Source of the DNA: Phycisphaerae bacterium
GTDB taxonomy: Bacteria; Planctomycetota; Phycisphaerae; UBA1845; PWPN01
NCBI GenBank assembly: GCA_012719955.1
Contig: JAAXZI010000091.1
Coordinates: 11,293 to 75,292 of the forward strand
Length of the DNA: 64,000 nucleotides
Direction: 5' to 3'
Shown here: one piece after another, positions 38,901-49,559 of the stretch
How positions within the stretch are numbered: position 1 is the first letter of the stretch
How the letters are laid out: every line of letters starts with the position of its first letter
Notes under the pieces: model-generated
Database searches by the model: none
Told to the model about the DNA's origin: nothing
Seen by the model: the letters and a program-made list of their open reading frames with translations, nothing else
Position numbers and translations under genes: made by a program

Positions 38901-40124
38901 TCACTTCTTCTCCGGTTGGACGAACAGGAGCATGCCCTGCCCGGGCGCGAGCCAGATGTTTTCGCCGGCCCAGGGCTGTTTATGGCCGGAATAGCTGTTG
39001 ACCATCCCCACGGGACCGGACGACTTGAACTGCAGGCCGAAAGGCGTTGAGCGGTGCAGGTTCTTGTTGACCACCAGCACGAACTGAGCGCCTTCAGGGC
39101 CTTCGAACTCCCCTGCCATCAGGTCGCCGCCGTGGAGCTGGGAGAGGAACTTGCTGCTGTCCATGCCGCGGCAACCTGACGGCACGTTGGGATGGTGAAA
39201 GACGTTCACGCTCTTGAGGGTCAGGTAGATCGGAGCCAGCTTGTGAATCTGCAGGTTGACCCGGCGGAGCATGTCCCAGGTGCGCGTTTTGTTGCCGAAT
39301 TGATCGATCGGCGCCAGGCGGTAGTTGCCGATGGCGGGCGCGAAATAGGTGAAATAGCTGATGCCCCGCGCGCCGTAGGCCAGCGTGGTGTACATCTGGA
39401 AGTTCAGGCCGCCGTCGGTGGGCTCGGCGTAGTGGAAGTGAGCGTTGGACAGCACGATGTTCCAGAACGGCAGATCGTGCCGCAGGGCCGCCGCCCGGAC
39501 GGCTTCGAGATTCTGGAAATAGCCGTCGCGCAGTGTGCCGTCGTCCATCAGGGAGTAATTGTCATAGCTGATGAACGCAGGCTTGACCGTCTTCACGAAC
39601 TGCTCGAGGTATTCTTCATAAGTGGGGACACCCAACCCCCCGGCGCTCGCGTAGATGGGAAACAGGTTGATATAGGGCAGCGCCTTGGGTGCGGCGGCGC
39701 GCACGGCCGCGGACCACTTGGCCAGGGCTGGATAAAGGGCGGCCGTGGGCTCGTCGCGCAGGTAGTAGCCGTAGGTGGCCGGATGCGAGGCGGTTTTCTC
39801 GGTGAGCGCTTTCACGCGGCGGGCGACCTCGGCTTCGTCGAGGCCGGCCGTTGAGTCGTCCACGTGCAGGCCGGACACTATGGCTTTGAGCCCCGCCGCG
39901 GCCACGGCATCAAGTCCGTCGGGAGAGACGAATCCGGCGAGATTGAAGCCGCAGGCTTTGATGTCCGCGAGCACAGCGGGGTCGGCCGGCGTGCCGCCCC
40001 AGGGCAGGATCGCGAACTGCTCCGGGGCCAGGGACGATGCGGCCGCGGGGTCTTGGCCGCTGACGGAAGCCGCAATGGCCAGGTGCGCAATGAGAATGAT
40101 CGCAAGCTGTGGATGTGCCTTCAT
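38901..40124 (-). CDS. Secreted protein, possibly a TIM-barrel glycoside hydrolase (GH42-like N-terminal pattern, tentative)
   Basis: Signal peptide MKAHPQLAIILIAHLAIAASVSG. The alternating pattern ..CGFNLAG..YYLRDEP..NLFP..SYDNY.. suggests a (beta/alpha)8 hydrolase. Confidence 0.4.
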   Translation of the reverse strand: MKAHPQLAIILIAHLAIAASVSGQDPAAASSLAPEQFAILPWGGTPADPAVLADIKACGFNLAGFVSPDGLDAVAAAGLKAIVSGLHVDDSTAGLDEAEVARRVKALTEKTASHPATYGYYLRDEPTAALYPALAKWSAAVRAAAPKALPYINLFPIYASAGGLGVPTYEEYLEQFVKTVKPAFISYDNYSLMDDGTLRDGYFQNLEAVRAAALRHDLPFWNIVLSNAHFHYAEPTDGGLNFQMYTTLAYGARGISYFTYFAPAIGNYRLAPIDQFGNKTRTWDMLRRVNLQIHKLAPIYLTLKSVNVFHHPNVPSGCRGMDSSKFLSQLHGGDLMAGEFEGPEGAQFVLVVNKNLHRSTPFGLQFKSSGPVGMVNSYSGHKQPWAGENIWLAPGQGMLLFVQPEKK

Positions 40125-40183
40125 GGTGTCGTGCTCCTTCCAAGAGTGACGTCAGCGCGCCGGCCCGGCGAGATGCGGGCCGA

Positions 40184-41029
40184 TCATAGCGCGAGCAAAT
40201 TGACCGTGAAGAACGGCCCGCCGGCGATGCGGACCTCCGCTTCGCCGGTAGTGGGTGAGTTCTCGTTAAAGCGAATCGTCAACTGCCGGATGGTCGGGCC
40301 GGTGATGGTTATCACGCCGGACGAGGGCAGCAGATCGGGGTTGTTCTGGTAAGCGAGGACAACGTTCGTGAAGCCGACGGTATAAGCGGCATCACTGGCT
40401 GAAACGGACGCGTTGAAGACGCCGAGGGTGGTGGCATTGGTGGCGCGATCAAAGCCGAGCAGCCCTCCCTGGCCGGTGATGGCGATATCCTGCCCGTCGC
40501 TGGTCCAGGTCAGATTGAAGGTGCCGTTCAGGTTAGCGCCGGCCGGGGCGAACTCGTAAGCGGCCTGCACCTGGCCGTTGAGCGTCTGTGACGCGCAACT
40601 GAGATTGTTGAACGTCAGGGAGAGGGTGGCGGCGAAGCGGTTCAGCGTGCCGGTTGCGCTGCCGGAACAACTCAGGCCCGGGAAGGGCGCGGCCGGACAG
40701 GCCGCAGCGCCGAAGTTGATGGTGACGTTCCGCGATCGGCCTTCGGCGGCGGCACTGGCCTCCGTGGCGATCACAGGACAGGTGCCCTCCGTGGTCACGG
40801 GAGGCTCCTCTTCGGGGTCAATATTTGGATTGACGGGGAGCTGGGTGATGCCCGCGGCCTGGGACAGCGCCGCGGTGGCCTGAAGCGCGGCCTCGATGGC
40901 CGTTTGTTCCTCAGGGGTCAATTCCGTCTGCGAAGGTGGTGGGGGTTGGAGGAACGGGCAAGCTTGCCCCATCAGGAATGGAAGCGTCAGCGCCACCACG
41001 ATAACCGGCAGATGTCGCCGCACCCTCAT
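40184..41029 (-). CDS. Secreted Thr/Asn/Ala-rich protein, function unknown
   Basis: N-terminal signal-like helix, several Cys pairs and a beta-rich composition. Confidence 0.5.
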   Translation of the reverse strand: MRVRRHLPVIVVALTLPFLMGQACPFLQPPPPSQTELTPEEQTAIEAALQATAALSQAAGITQLPVNPNIDPEEEPPVTTEGTCPVIATEASAAAEGRSRNVTINFGAAACPAAPFPGLSCSGSATGTLNRFAATLSLTFNNLSCASQTLNGQVQAAYEFAPAGANLNGTFNLTWTSDGQDIAITGQGGLLGFDRATNATTLGVFNASVSASDAAYTVGFTNVVLAYQNNPDLLPSSGVITITGPTIRQLTIRFNENSPTTGEAEVRIAGGPFFTVNLLAL

Positions 41030-41128
41030 CGCGCGTCTCCTGGAAGATAGTTAGACTCCGACCGTACCGCTGCGCTACTTACGCCACAAGGGGGCCGGAG
41101 TCAAGAATGAGGCGGGAACATCAAAGAA

Positions 41129-41182
41129 GAATTCCTCATCAGAGGCACCCCGGGCACCCACCCGACCTCTGATGAGGAATTC
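41129..41182 (-). terminator. Long perfect hairpin (17-bp stem GAATTCCTCATCAGAGG, 20-nt loop)
   Basis: 41129-41145 is the exact reverse complement of 41166-41182. It lies 22 nt downstream of the zinc-ribbon gene stop on the minus strand and is followed by a T-rich stretch on that strand. Confidence 0.5.
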
Positions 41183-41203
41183 ACAAACCGCTGAACGGGG
41201 GTA

Positions 41204-41413
41204 TCAACCTGCGATGGCGTAGACGGGCCGGAAGTTACGCAGCAGGCCAGTATTTCGAAGTTCACCGAGCGTGGAAGCCGGCAGCGGCCGGGCGGTCCCG
41301 GTGACCGGGGAAGTCAGAAAAGCCCAACCGCACTGGCGGCAGAAGCTGGCCTTGCCCAGCCTCCGCACGATCTGGGGGTGATCACAATGAGGACAATGCA
41401 AATACTTCGGCAT
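41204..41413 (-). CDS. Small zinc-ribbon protein
   Basis: CPHC..(16 residues)..CRQC arrangement in a 69-aa ORF. Confidence 0.5.
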   Translation of the reverse strand: MPKYLHCPHCDHPQIVRRLGKASFCRQCGWAFLTSPVTGTARPLPASTLGELRNTGLLRNFRPVYAIAG

Positions 41414-41753
41414 TTCTCACATACTCCTGTCAGGTCTGCCCAACTCCATCCCTGGAGTGACCTGAGACCTCAGCGGCCTTGGCCTCAGGGAGCAGAACCT
41501 CGTCCATCGGAAGCATTGGACACAGTTGCGGGGCCAAGGTTGCAGGGGGTGGCCAAAAAAGAAGAAAACGGGCATTTTTTACTTAAGTCACATGAATATA
41601 AGATTTTACGAGATTGTCGGAGCAGGGTGGGATGCTGTGAGAAACGTACTAAGCTTCGACAGATGCGGAGGTTATGAAATAATGAGAAATCGGCAATAAT
41701 TAACACATGGAAAATAATTTCAGCAACAGCCCCCCAAGTTAGACGGACCTTCG

Positions 41754-42227
41754 TCAGCTGGTAACAGGCAGCAGTTTCAGCAGGTTAGAGAGCAATACAA
41801 TGGCGGCGGCCAGGACGATGCTGACGGTCAGCCAGGCGGGACGATGGCGGCGCAAGGCTTCGAACGTCCGGCTACGTCCGGTAACAGCGATGGCGATGAA
41901 AAAGAGGGCGAAGACCAGCAGCATCTTGACGCCAAAGAGCACATGGTAGAGCGGCACCTGACCAGGCACCGGCTGATGGCGGGGAAACTGGACGAAGGCG
42001 TTGTAGATGCCGGTGAGCAGCAGGACGGCGATGCTGGTGTGGAGGACGTGCCCCCACCGACGGAACAGCGTGTCGCGCAGGGGCTGGCCGGCATCCCCCG
42101 GCTGGAGCGCCCGCAGGGCGGGAATGAGCAAGAGGCGGATGAAGATGGTCCCGCCGACGGCCACAATAAATGCGGCGAAGTGCAGCCAGCGGCTGATGAG
42201 AACCGAGGGTTCCAGTTGGGCGAGCAT
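41754..42227 (-). CDS. Four-helix membrane protein (CopD-like/DUF2214-like, tentative)
   Basis: AGGAG upstream of the ATG at 42227. The helices carry conserved-looking His and Arg positions (WLHFAAFIVAVGG, HVLHTSIAVLL). Confidence 0.5.
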   Translation of the reverse strand: MLAQLEPSVLISRWLHFAAFIVAVGGTIFIRLLLIPALRALQPGDAGQPLRDTLFRRWGHVLHTSIAVLLLTGIYNAFVQFPRHQPVPGQVPLYHVLFGVKMLLVFALFFIAIAVTGRSRTFEALRRHRPAWLTVSIVLAAAIVLLSNLLKLLPVTS

Positions 42228-42436
42228 AAAGTCTCCTGACCGGTTCGAGGTCATCTCTCACGGTTCAATGGTGGCTGAACGACCGCCACAGGGTGCGAAT
42301 GTAATTCACTTCCCCCCTGCGTCAGCACGCTACAGGCCATGGGCGCCGTGTCGGCGGCAAGCGGAGCAACGCGGCACTGCTCAAGCGCAAGAGCACACAT
42401 CGTTGGAACTGACGCCATCAGTTTTCGGATGCACGA

Positions 42437-44191
42437 TCAATGATCATGCGCGGCCGCCTGCAATTCCTCCATCATGGCCTTGGGATTGAGGTCCTCACCG
42501 GTGGCATGGCGGACGAGCTCATTCCAGCGCAGGGTAGCGCCGGGGGCAAAGACTTTCGTTTTCAGAAATTCACCGATCTCCTTGCGGTTGTTGTAGACGG
42601 GAGTGGGATCGTCGGTCTGGAGCACGTCGCGGCGGATGGTACGGTGAAGCTGAGAGGCAAACATCTGGCCCATCATGTAGGCGTGGTAATAGGCTGGCGC
42701 GCTGACGATGTGAATCTTGCTGGCGTAATCGGGCGCGTTACGGCCTTCGGGACGGCGCACGAGCTGATACTTCTCGACGAGATCCCACCAGAGCGTGTTG
42801 AGATCCTGATCGGGCTGCTGATACATCGCGCTCTCGAACCGGACCATCACCTGGGTCCAGGCGGCGAAGATGAGGATCTGATCGCGGCGGGAGCGGGCCT
42901 CGGCGCGGGCCACTGCGACCGGATCCGCCACCTCAAGGCCCATGGCGCGCATGGAGCCGGGCTGGCGGGCGAAGCGCTCAAACAGCATCGCAATGGCCTC
43001 GGTGGTGAAGGTGTGGGCGGGCGTGCGCACCACGTAAGGCAGCGATTTGGGCATGTATTTGTCATACGCGGCATGGCCCAGTTCATGCAGCATCGTGCTC
43101 ATCCAGCGTTCATTGGGCACAACGTTGGCCATCACGCGGATGTCGTTCTCGCGGTCGATGAAAGTGCACATGGCGTGCGGATACTTGCCGGGCCGCTCGT
43201 AGAGATCGCTGCGGGCCAGCACGTCATCGACGGGCAGACCGAGGCCGGTGTAGAACTGGCCGGCGAGCTTCACGACGTCGGCCTTGGCATAGGGCGGGTC
43301 GAAGTCGAAGTCGTAGATATCCGGCGGCTCCTGGAAGAAGCGATCGTGGTAATGCCAGGGGCGCAGCGCGTCGGGCTGGATTGAATAATCCGCGGCGAGC
43401 CGGGCGTCGATCTCGCGCTTGGCCTCACGGAAGAGACCGTGGGTCAGATCGTGCAGCGCGTCGAAGAGCTTGAGCACCTGCTCGCGGGACATTTCGCTGC
43501 GGCGGAGCTCCATGTCATAGTAGTCCGTGAAGCCGAGCTTGCGGGCGGCCTCGTTGCGCAGGGCAACGAGCTCCTTGAGGTCCTTTTCGACGACGGCGCC
43601 GACGCCCTTGCTGGCTTCCCAGACGGCGCGGCGGTACTGACTGTCCCTGTTTTCCTTGAGGATCTTCTCAACCTCGCTGTCAGGGAGCTTTCGGCCGTTG
43701 ACTTCGGCGCGGTAGACGTTGAAAGCCTGGGTGATGGCCGTGGACTTGGCGGTGATGCGCTTGAGCAGTTCCGGATCAACCTGCTTGCCGAGATATTCGA
43801 GGTAGATCAGGTCGATCTGGCGGACGGCCAGCGGATCGGGCTTGGGGTCCGCTTTTTTGAGGTCGTCGCGAATCTGCTTGAGCGCTGCGAACTCGGCCGG
43901 GTTGGCCAGAGCGGCGTCGAGGCGGTTCTGGGCCTCCTCGGCGGCCTTGTAGTCTTCATCCTTGCCCGAGGCGGCGGCGTTCCAGTCGGCGAGGTTGCGA
44001 GCGGTCTCCAGAGGGCGGATCGTCTGTTCGTACCGGGCGATGAACTCCGCGGCCCGCTGCCCGGCGGGCGACTGGCCGGCCGGGGCCGGGGAAGCGTCCT
44101 GACCCAAGGCGCGAAGCGGCGGAATGACCACACACAAGACAACCGCCAGAGTGGCGGCAAGGGGCAACGGCGAACCAACGAGCATCTTCAT
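42437..44191 (-). CDS. Secreted gluzincin metallopeptidase, M2 (peptidyl-dipeptidase A/ACE)-like
   Basis: Signal peptide, HELGH followed 25 residues later by TEAIAM (compare HEMGH..HEAIGD of M2), and a helical N-terminal lid region. Confidence 0.6.
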   Translation of the reverse strand: MKMLVGSPLPLAATLAVVLCVVIPPLRALGQDASPAPAGQSPAGQRAAEFIARYEQTIRPLETARNLADWNAAASGKDEDYKAAEEAQNRLDAALANPAEFAALKQIRDDLKKADPKPDPLAVRQIDLIYLEYLGKQVDPELLKRITAKSTAITQAFNVYRAEVNGRKLPDSEVEKILKENRDSQYRRAVWEASKGVGAVVEKDLKELVALRNEAARKLGFTDYYDMELRRSEMSREQVLKLFDALHDLTHGLFREAKREIDARLAADYSIQPDALRPWHYHDRFFQEPPDIYDFDFDPPYAKADVVKLAGQFYTGLGLPVDDVLARSDLYERPGKYPHAMCTFIDRENDIRVMANVVPNERWMSTMLHELGHAAYDKYMPKSLPYVVRTPAHTFTTEAIAMLFERFARQPGSMRAMGLEVADPVAVARAEARSRRDQILIFAAWTQVMVRFESAMYQQPDQDLNTLWWDLVEKYQLVRRPEGRNAPDYASKIHIVSAPAYYHAYMMGQMFASQLHRTIRRDVLQTDDPTPVYNNRKEIGEFLKTKVFAPGATLRWNELVRHATGEDLNPKAMMEELQAAAHDH

Positions 44192-44512
44192 GGGGTTGTT
44201 CCTTTCAGGAATGATCCGATCGCCGAACAGCCTGGCGGGCACCGGTCAATGCCAGGCCGCCGCTGAGTATAGCTTAGGAGGATAGGTCTGGCAGGTGTCG
44301 AAAGAGCACGATTGTCGCTTCAGGGGCACACGTGCCGGACGGGCCGGAGGCGCGAGAGCGGGATGGGCGGGCAGGCCCCCTTGCCTTTGCCCGCGGCGCG
44401 TTTTAATGGTGTGAAAATTAATTTATAGGTTTAATCTGTGGTGGACTCCCCGTGGGACTGTCGGATTTCCGTCGGTTGACGGAATCCCGCATTTCACTAG
44501 GCTTATAGGGCT

Positions 44513-46192
44513 ATGCTCAGAACTCTGCAGACTTACGTGTGCCGCGAACTGCTGAAAACGTTCGCGCTCACCGCCATCGGGCTGACGCTGACCTTCAGCT
44601 TGACCGGGGGTGTCTTCAACATGATGCGGGCGCCGGTGCTCAGCGCCGAACAGACGCTGCATCTGCTGGGCTTTGTTCTGCCATTCGCCCTGACGTTGAC
44701 CCTGCCGGTGGCGGCGTTGTTCTCCTGCGCGATGGTTTACGGGCGCCTGGCGGCGGGCAACGAATTTGACGCGTGCCGGGCCAGCGGCATCAACATTCAC
44801 CGCCTGTTGGCCCCGGCTTTTGGTTTGAGCGTGGTCACGGCCGCATTCACGTTTGTGTTCGCCAACTACGTTCTGCCCTCCTCCATCCGCAACGTGGAGG
44901 CCCTGGTGGCCCGGGATCTTCAGAAGCTGATCGTCGCGGCTCTGAACATGCAGGGGCACTTCAAGCAGGGTCCGGTGGTGGTTCACGCAGGCGAGCCGCC
45001 ACGCACGGAGAAGACCGCCGAGGGCGCCACCCAGGTTTGGATTGAGTCGGCGGCCTTCATGCATATTGAGAACGAGAGCCTGCTTCGCGTCGGCACCGCG
45101 CATCAGGTGGTGGTGGATTTCTGGACCGACCCCAGCACGGGAGATCCGAGCGCCCAGGCGGTCATGTACGACATCCGGGCCTGCGACCTGGAGCAGAAGC
45201 GGCTGTACGCGAGCGAATATCAGCCCATCGAACCGATTGCGGTGCCGATGTTTACGGAGACGAAGACCAAGTGGCTGAATCTGACCGAGCTGCTCAAGTT
45301 TCAGCGGGATCCGTTGAAGTTTCTTCCCATTCAGCGGCAGATCGCCAAACTCCGGACCCAGGCTCGGGAGGCCCGCTTTTACGCCTACGCCGTTGAGCAG
45401 CTCAACGGCCGGGAAGCCGTTCTGCGATTGGGGTCATTGAACGGTCGGCCCAAGTACGAGGTTCGGGCCAAGCGGGCCTACCACGATCCGCTGGATTTTC
45501 GTCCGCAGCTTGACGGGGTTACGGTCAAGGAGGCCATGCAGGGATACGACCGGGTGTGGCACGCAGAGCGGTGCAGCCTGCGCGTGGCCCGCGGTTTTGG
45601 TTCGGATCCGCACATTGTTCAGCTTCGCCTGTCCGGACAGGTATACCTGATTAATCCGCTCGATCCCGAGCAGAAACGCGTGGACAAGCCCGCCACCAAT
45701 CTGGATCCGGTGTCGCTTCCCCAGTTCATCCTCGACTGGGAGGACCAGGTCAGTGACCTCGACCTGCTGGGCATCACCCAGGAGCACATTGACCTGGCCG
45801 CCAAGGGGCAGCTTCCGTCAGCGCCGCCGCCGTCCAAGTTTAATCTGGGCGGACGGGTGGAAAACGCGCGCATCAGCACGCTGGGGGCCCTGGCGGAGCA
45901 GTCCCTGGAGATCGTGGGGGTGATCCACTCACGGCTGGCTTTCAGCGCCTGCGTGCTGGTGATGCTGGTGCTCGCGGCGGGTCTGGCCATCATCTTCCGG
46001 GGCGGCCAGTTGCTCACCGCGTTCATCATCAGCTTTGTGCCCGGCATGGTGGTCGTGGTGCTGAACATCGCGGGACGTCAACTATCGGAGAAACCCCTCT
46101 ACCACCTGACCGGTCTGGCCATTATCTGGTCGGGCATCGGCGTGCTGGCGCTGGCGGACGTGGTGGTGCTGTCCAAGTTTCTGAAACGCTGA
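44513..46192 (+). CDS. LptF/LptG (YjgP/YjgQ) family permease, long form
   Basis: N-terminus MLRTLQTYVCRELLKTFALTAIGLT, three helices, a large periplasmic insert, then three C-terminal helices. Confidence 0.75.
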   Translation: MLRTLQTYVCRELLKTFALTAIGLTLTFSLTGGVFNMMRAPVLSAEQTLHLLGFVLPFALTLTLPVAALFSCAMVYGRLAAGNEFDACRASGINIHRLLAPAFGLSVVTAAFTFVFANYVLPSSIRNVEALVARDLQKLIVAALNMQGHFKQGPVVVHAGEPPRTEKTAEGATQVWIESAAFMHIENESLLRVGTAHQVVVDFWTDPSTGDPSAQAVMYDIRACDLEQKRLYASEYQPIEPIAVPMFTETKTKWLNLTELLKFQRDPLKFLPIQRQIAKLRTQAREARFYAYAVEQLNGREAVLRLGSLNGRPKYEVRAKRAYHDPLDFRPQLDGVTVKEAMQGYDRVWHAERCSLRVARGFGSDPHIVQLRLSGQVYLINPLDPEQKRVDKPATNLDPVSLPQFILDWEDQVSDLDLLGITQEHIDLAAKGQLPSAPPPSKFNLGGRVENARISTLGALAEQSLEIVGVIHSRLAFSACVLVMLVLAAGLAIIFRGGQLLTAFIISFVPGMVVVVLNIAGRQLSEKPLYHLTGLAIIWSGIGVLALADVVVLSKFLKR

Positions 46193-46193
46193 G

Positions 46194-46232
46194 AAGGCGT
46201 TTTTTCGGATCATGGCGGCTGAAAAACGCCTT
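46194..46232 (+). other. Perfect 11-bp stem hairpin between the two Lpt permease genes
   Basis: AAGGCGTTTTT at 46194-46204 pairs with AAAAACGCCTT at 46222-46232, directly after the stop codon. Confidence 0.5.
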
Positions 46233-46261
46233 TAGCGCACCGGTTTACGGTGAAGAAAATT

Positions 46262-47374
46262 ATGAAAACGCTTGATCGCTATCTGCTTCGCTCCTTTTTT
46301 TTCAACTACCTGGTCTCGTTGTTCACGATGATCAGCCTGTACGTGGTGCTGGATCTGTTCGTGAACTTTGATGAGTTCACCGAGTCCAGCAAGCCGGTGT
46401 GGCAAGTGGCCCTGGATATCGCGGACTATTACCTGTTCAATGTTCCGCTGTACTTTTCGCAGCTTTCCGGCATCATTACTTTGTTTGCGGCCTGCTTCAC
46501 GCTGGCCCGGCTGCAGCGCGCCAACGAGATGACCGCGGTGCTGGCCTCGGGAACCAGCCTCTACCGCCTGGCGGCGCCCATCGTGGTGGCCAGTTTCCTC
46601 ATGAATGTGCTGCTGGTGGCCAATTATGAGCTGATTCTGCCCCGCGTGGCCCCGAAGGTGGCCCGCAACCGGGACGACGTGGAGGGTACCCGGGTTTACG
46701 ATCTGTGGTTCATCAAGGACGGCAACAGCCGGCTGATCAGCGCCCAGCGTTTCCGCCCCAGCGAGGGGCGCGTTCGCGGACTGTACATCATCGAGCTGTC
46801 CACCCGGCCCGGCGAGCACCGGCGGCTGGCTGGCGTAACCGTCGCGGACAAGGCGAGCTGGGACCCGGTCGAGCGGGGTTGGAAACTGGAGAACGGTCGG
46901 CATTACGACCTGTCCGGTGATGTGGTCGCGGAGGTGGCCCCCACCCGACTGCCCAACGATTTCTATCCCAGCGATCTGTCCCCGGAGGACCTGCTGTTGC
47001 GGAAGATGGCCGCCTGGACGCAATTCCTGAGCACGCGGCAGCTCAACGAGCTGGTGGCCCGGGGCGACACGCGGGTGGATGTGATCGCCGGCATCAAGCA
47101 CAAGCGTTTCACGGACCCCATCAACAATATGATTTTGCTGTTGCTGGGCATTTCATTTTTCCTGAACCGGCTGCCGGAGAGCGTGCTCACCCAGGGAGCC
47201 AAGGCGTTGGCCACCTGCGCGGTGACCTTCCTGGTGGCTTTCGCCGGTCAGCAACTGGTGAGCGGCGCTGGACTGACCGTACCGGGGATGAATCTCCAGG
47301 CCCTGCCGGCCTGGGTGCCCATCTTCCTGTTCGGACCCCTGGCCGTCGTGCTGCTGAACAACGTCAAAACCTGA
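46262..47374 (+). CDS. LptF/LptG (YjgP/YjgQ) family permease
   Basis: N-terminus MKTLDRYLLRSFFFNYL with 3+3 helices around a periplasmic beta-jellyroll-sized domain. The alternative start is GTG 46250. Confidence 0.8.
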   Translation: MKTLDRYLLRSFFFNYLVSLFTMISLYVVLDLFVNFDEFTESSKPVWQVALDIADYYLFNVPLYFSQLSGIITLFAACFTLARLQRANEMTAVLASGTSLYRLAAPIVVASFLMNVLLVANYELILPRVAPKVARNRDDVEGTRVYDLWFIKDGNSRLISAQRFRPSEGRVRGLYIIELSTRPGEHRRLAGVTVADKASWDPVERGWKLENGRHYDLSGDVVAEVAPTRLPNDFYPSDLSPEDLLLRKMAAWTQFLSTRQLNELVARGDTRVDVIAGIKHKRFTDPINNMILLLLGISFFLNRLPESVLTQGAKALATCAVTFLVAFAGQQLVSGAGLTVPGMNLQALPAWVPIFLFGPLAVVLLNNVKT

Positions 47375-47558
47375 GGGCGGCCGGCGTTCAGAGTGATTGC
47401 GCAAGAAAGCGGCCGACGGTTCTCATGAACCGCCGGCCGCTGATCATTCGGGTTTGAACTGGTCGAGCTCGCCATCCCGGCCACCCGCTTTCCAGGTCCC
47501 AATCTCGGGCCGAAGCAGGCGAGCGGCAGGGTACGCGCTCCAAGACGGCCGCCAGGCG

Positions 47559-48368
47559 TCACTTCAGGGCCGGATCCTCGGCGAGGGCTCCCCGCAGCTT
47601 GCCCAGGGCGATATTCTGGATCTGCCGCACCCGCTCCTTGCTGAGCCCGATGGCATCACCGATCTCCTGGAAGGTCAAACGGTCCTCGCGCTGAGCGGGG
47701 AAGCGTTGGGCCAGAATCCGGGATTCCAGCTCGGTCAGTTCGCCGAGGTTCTGTTCCAGGGCGCGGTGCAGACGTTCCACGTACAGTTCAGTCTGATCGT
47801 CCGGAGAGCGGTCCGGCCGCTCGAAGGACACGTCATGCTGGACCGGGAAGCGCTTGCGGTAATGGCTCTCCTGCTTGCCGCGGCGCATGAGGGCCCGGGC
47901 GATCACGTTGCAGGCATAAGTGCTGAACCGATAGCCTCGCCAGGGGTTGAAGCGATCCACGGCACGGGCCAGGGCGAAGAGCGCATCGCTGAGCATGTCG
48001 TCCTCGTCCACGTTCCGCGAGCCGAACCGGGCAATCATCGAATAGACGAGGCCCATATTCTTTTCAACGATGTATTCGCGAATGCGCTGCCAGCGGCGAG
48101 CCCATTCGAAGCGCTCTTCCTGCGGGATCGGCCGCTTACCCTCTTTGCGGGCCGCGCGATAAGCACAGGTGTGCAGGCCGATGAACAGGGCCTGCTCGTC
48201 CGGCTCCGTGCCTTCCTTGCCGGCCAGAATCCAGTCAGCAATACGAATGGCGTCCTGCGCAGCCGCCTTGGTCCGGAGCTTGGGATCCGGCACGAACCAG
48301 AGCTGCTCCGGGTCCAACACAGGGGCAGGCATAGTCTGCTTGTGGTGTCGATTTAGTGTAGTCATCAT
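47559..48368 (-). CDS. RNA polymerase sigma factor, sigma-70 family (regions 2-4)
   Basis: Region 2 is GLVYSMIARF..LSDALFALARAVDRFNPWRGYRFSTYACNVIARAL. The region 4 HTH is LTFQEIGDAIGLSKERVRQIQNIAL. Confidence 0.85.
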   Translation of the reverse strand: MMTTLNRHHKQTMPAPVLDPEQLWFVPDPKLRTKAAAQDAIRIADWILAGKEGTEPDEQALFIGLHTCAYRAARKEGKRPIPQEERFEWARRWQRIREYIVEKNMGLVYSMIARFGSRNVDEDDMLSDALFALARAVDRFNPWRGYRFSTYACNVIARALMRRGKQESHYRKRFPVQHDVSFERPDRSPDDQTELYVERLHRALEQNLGELTELESRILAQRFPAQREDRLTFQEIGDAIGLSKERVRQIQNIALGKLRGALAEDPALK

Positions 48369-49559
48369 AACCGTAATCCTCGCGCCAACGTGCGCGTCGT
48401 TATTCTGCCCCTTATAATAGTACCAATTTGATACTATTCTCCGGTTTTCGGCAGTAGTCACCTGAAATGGGGAAATTCCCCCACTCGGGTGGCTGGCTGC
48501 TGCCGATACCGGTAAAAGGTTACCTAAACCTCGGCAGAGCCAGGGTTTAATCGTTGAGCGGTGGAAAGCCTGCAGCAGTCAGTTCTGCGTGTGCCCGAAT
48601 CGAAGGCCCGATCATAATATCTTACGCTTCGCGCCTGCGAGAGTTGCACTCCCGCGTCTTCGAAATCGTGGTAGGCAAAGAGGATGCTACTGGTTGAGCA
48701 TCCCGGCTGTGTTTCTTTCGCGCTCGTTCTCCCGCCATTATACCCGAAAGCGGTCTGAATGTCTCGGCACTTCCGGCACAGTCACTGAAATCGCAGGTCT
48801 ACCCCCGCCGTTGCACCGTTTCCCCCGGGAGGGGAATCCGGCTCGCGGCGAGCGGCTGGGGTAAGCTCGCCTTGGCCCACCTGTTATCTCTTACGACGAA
48901 GCCAGGGGGCGAGTTCCTGTCAACCCGCCGAGTCTAAAGCAGGCAAAATTCCTGGTGGGATTCTCTCTGTCGGCCGCAGTGGTTAGCGGTGGTTAACAGG
49001 GCCGACAGGTCAGCACCGGCCAGGTCTGGCCGGCGAATCCTCTCCGTTCCAGTCAACGTTTCATCCGTATCGGCATTTCGATGATTGCCTCTTCAGCAAG
49101 CTCTGCGGATTGCGCGCGACATGCTTGCCTTCGGCATCTGAGCAGTAATATAAACCAGAGGAACCCAGCCAAGCCGTTAGCGGCCTCGTCAGGATGCGCA
49201 GCCGGGTTTTCGGACAGCCCGGATGAAAGCCGCGAGCGGATCAGGATGGGCTCTGCACGACCTGCATGTTTCACGGGCAGCGCCTGTTCCATCTCCATGC
49301 AGACGTGCGATTCGAGGTTCACCTGCTGGCATTTTCCCGTGATACCTCGGCCAGAATAAACAGCGGTCAGGGCCCAGACGGGCGTTGGCCGACATCCCCG
49401 GGTTATCTATCGACGCCGCAATCAGGTTTTCCACCCCTTGAAGTGGCTGACCAGCGAATGAGCTGCGCGTATGCAGTGCGCCGGCGTGGGCGGATGGCGG
49501 GGGCGAATTCCCATGCGTGTACCGGTGGTTCGGACCTTATTTCCGAGGAGGTATCTGAA

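Noticed and set aside
48369-49559. RNase P RNA, tmRNA or a riboswitch in the long non-coding gap.
   Set aside because: I could not find GGAAAGTCC with ACAGAACCCGGCTTA, a GGGG..TTCGA..CCACCA frame, a B12 box or other cores on either strand. The gap is reported only as an unexplained interval.
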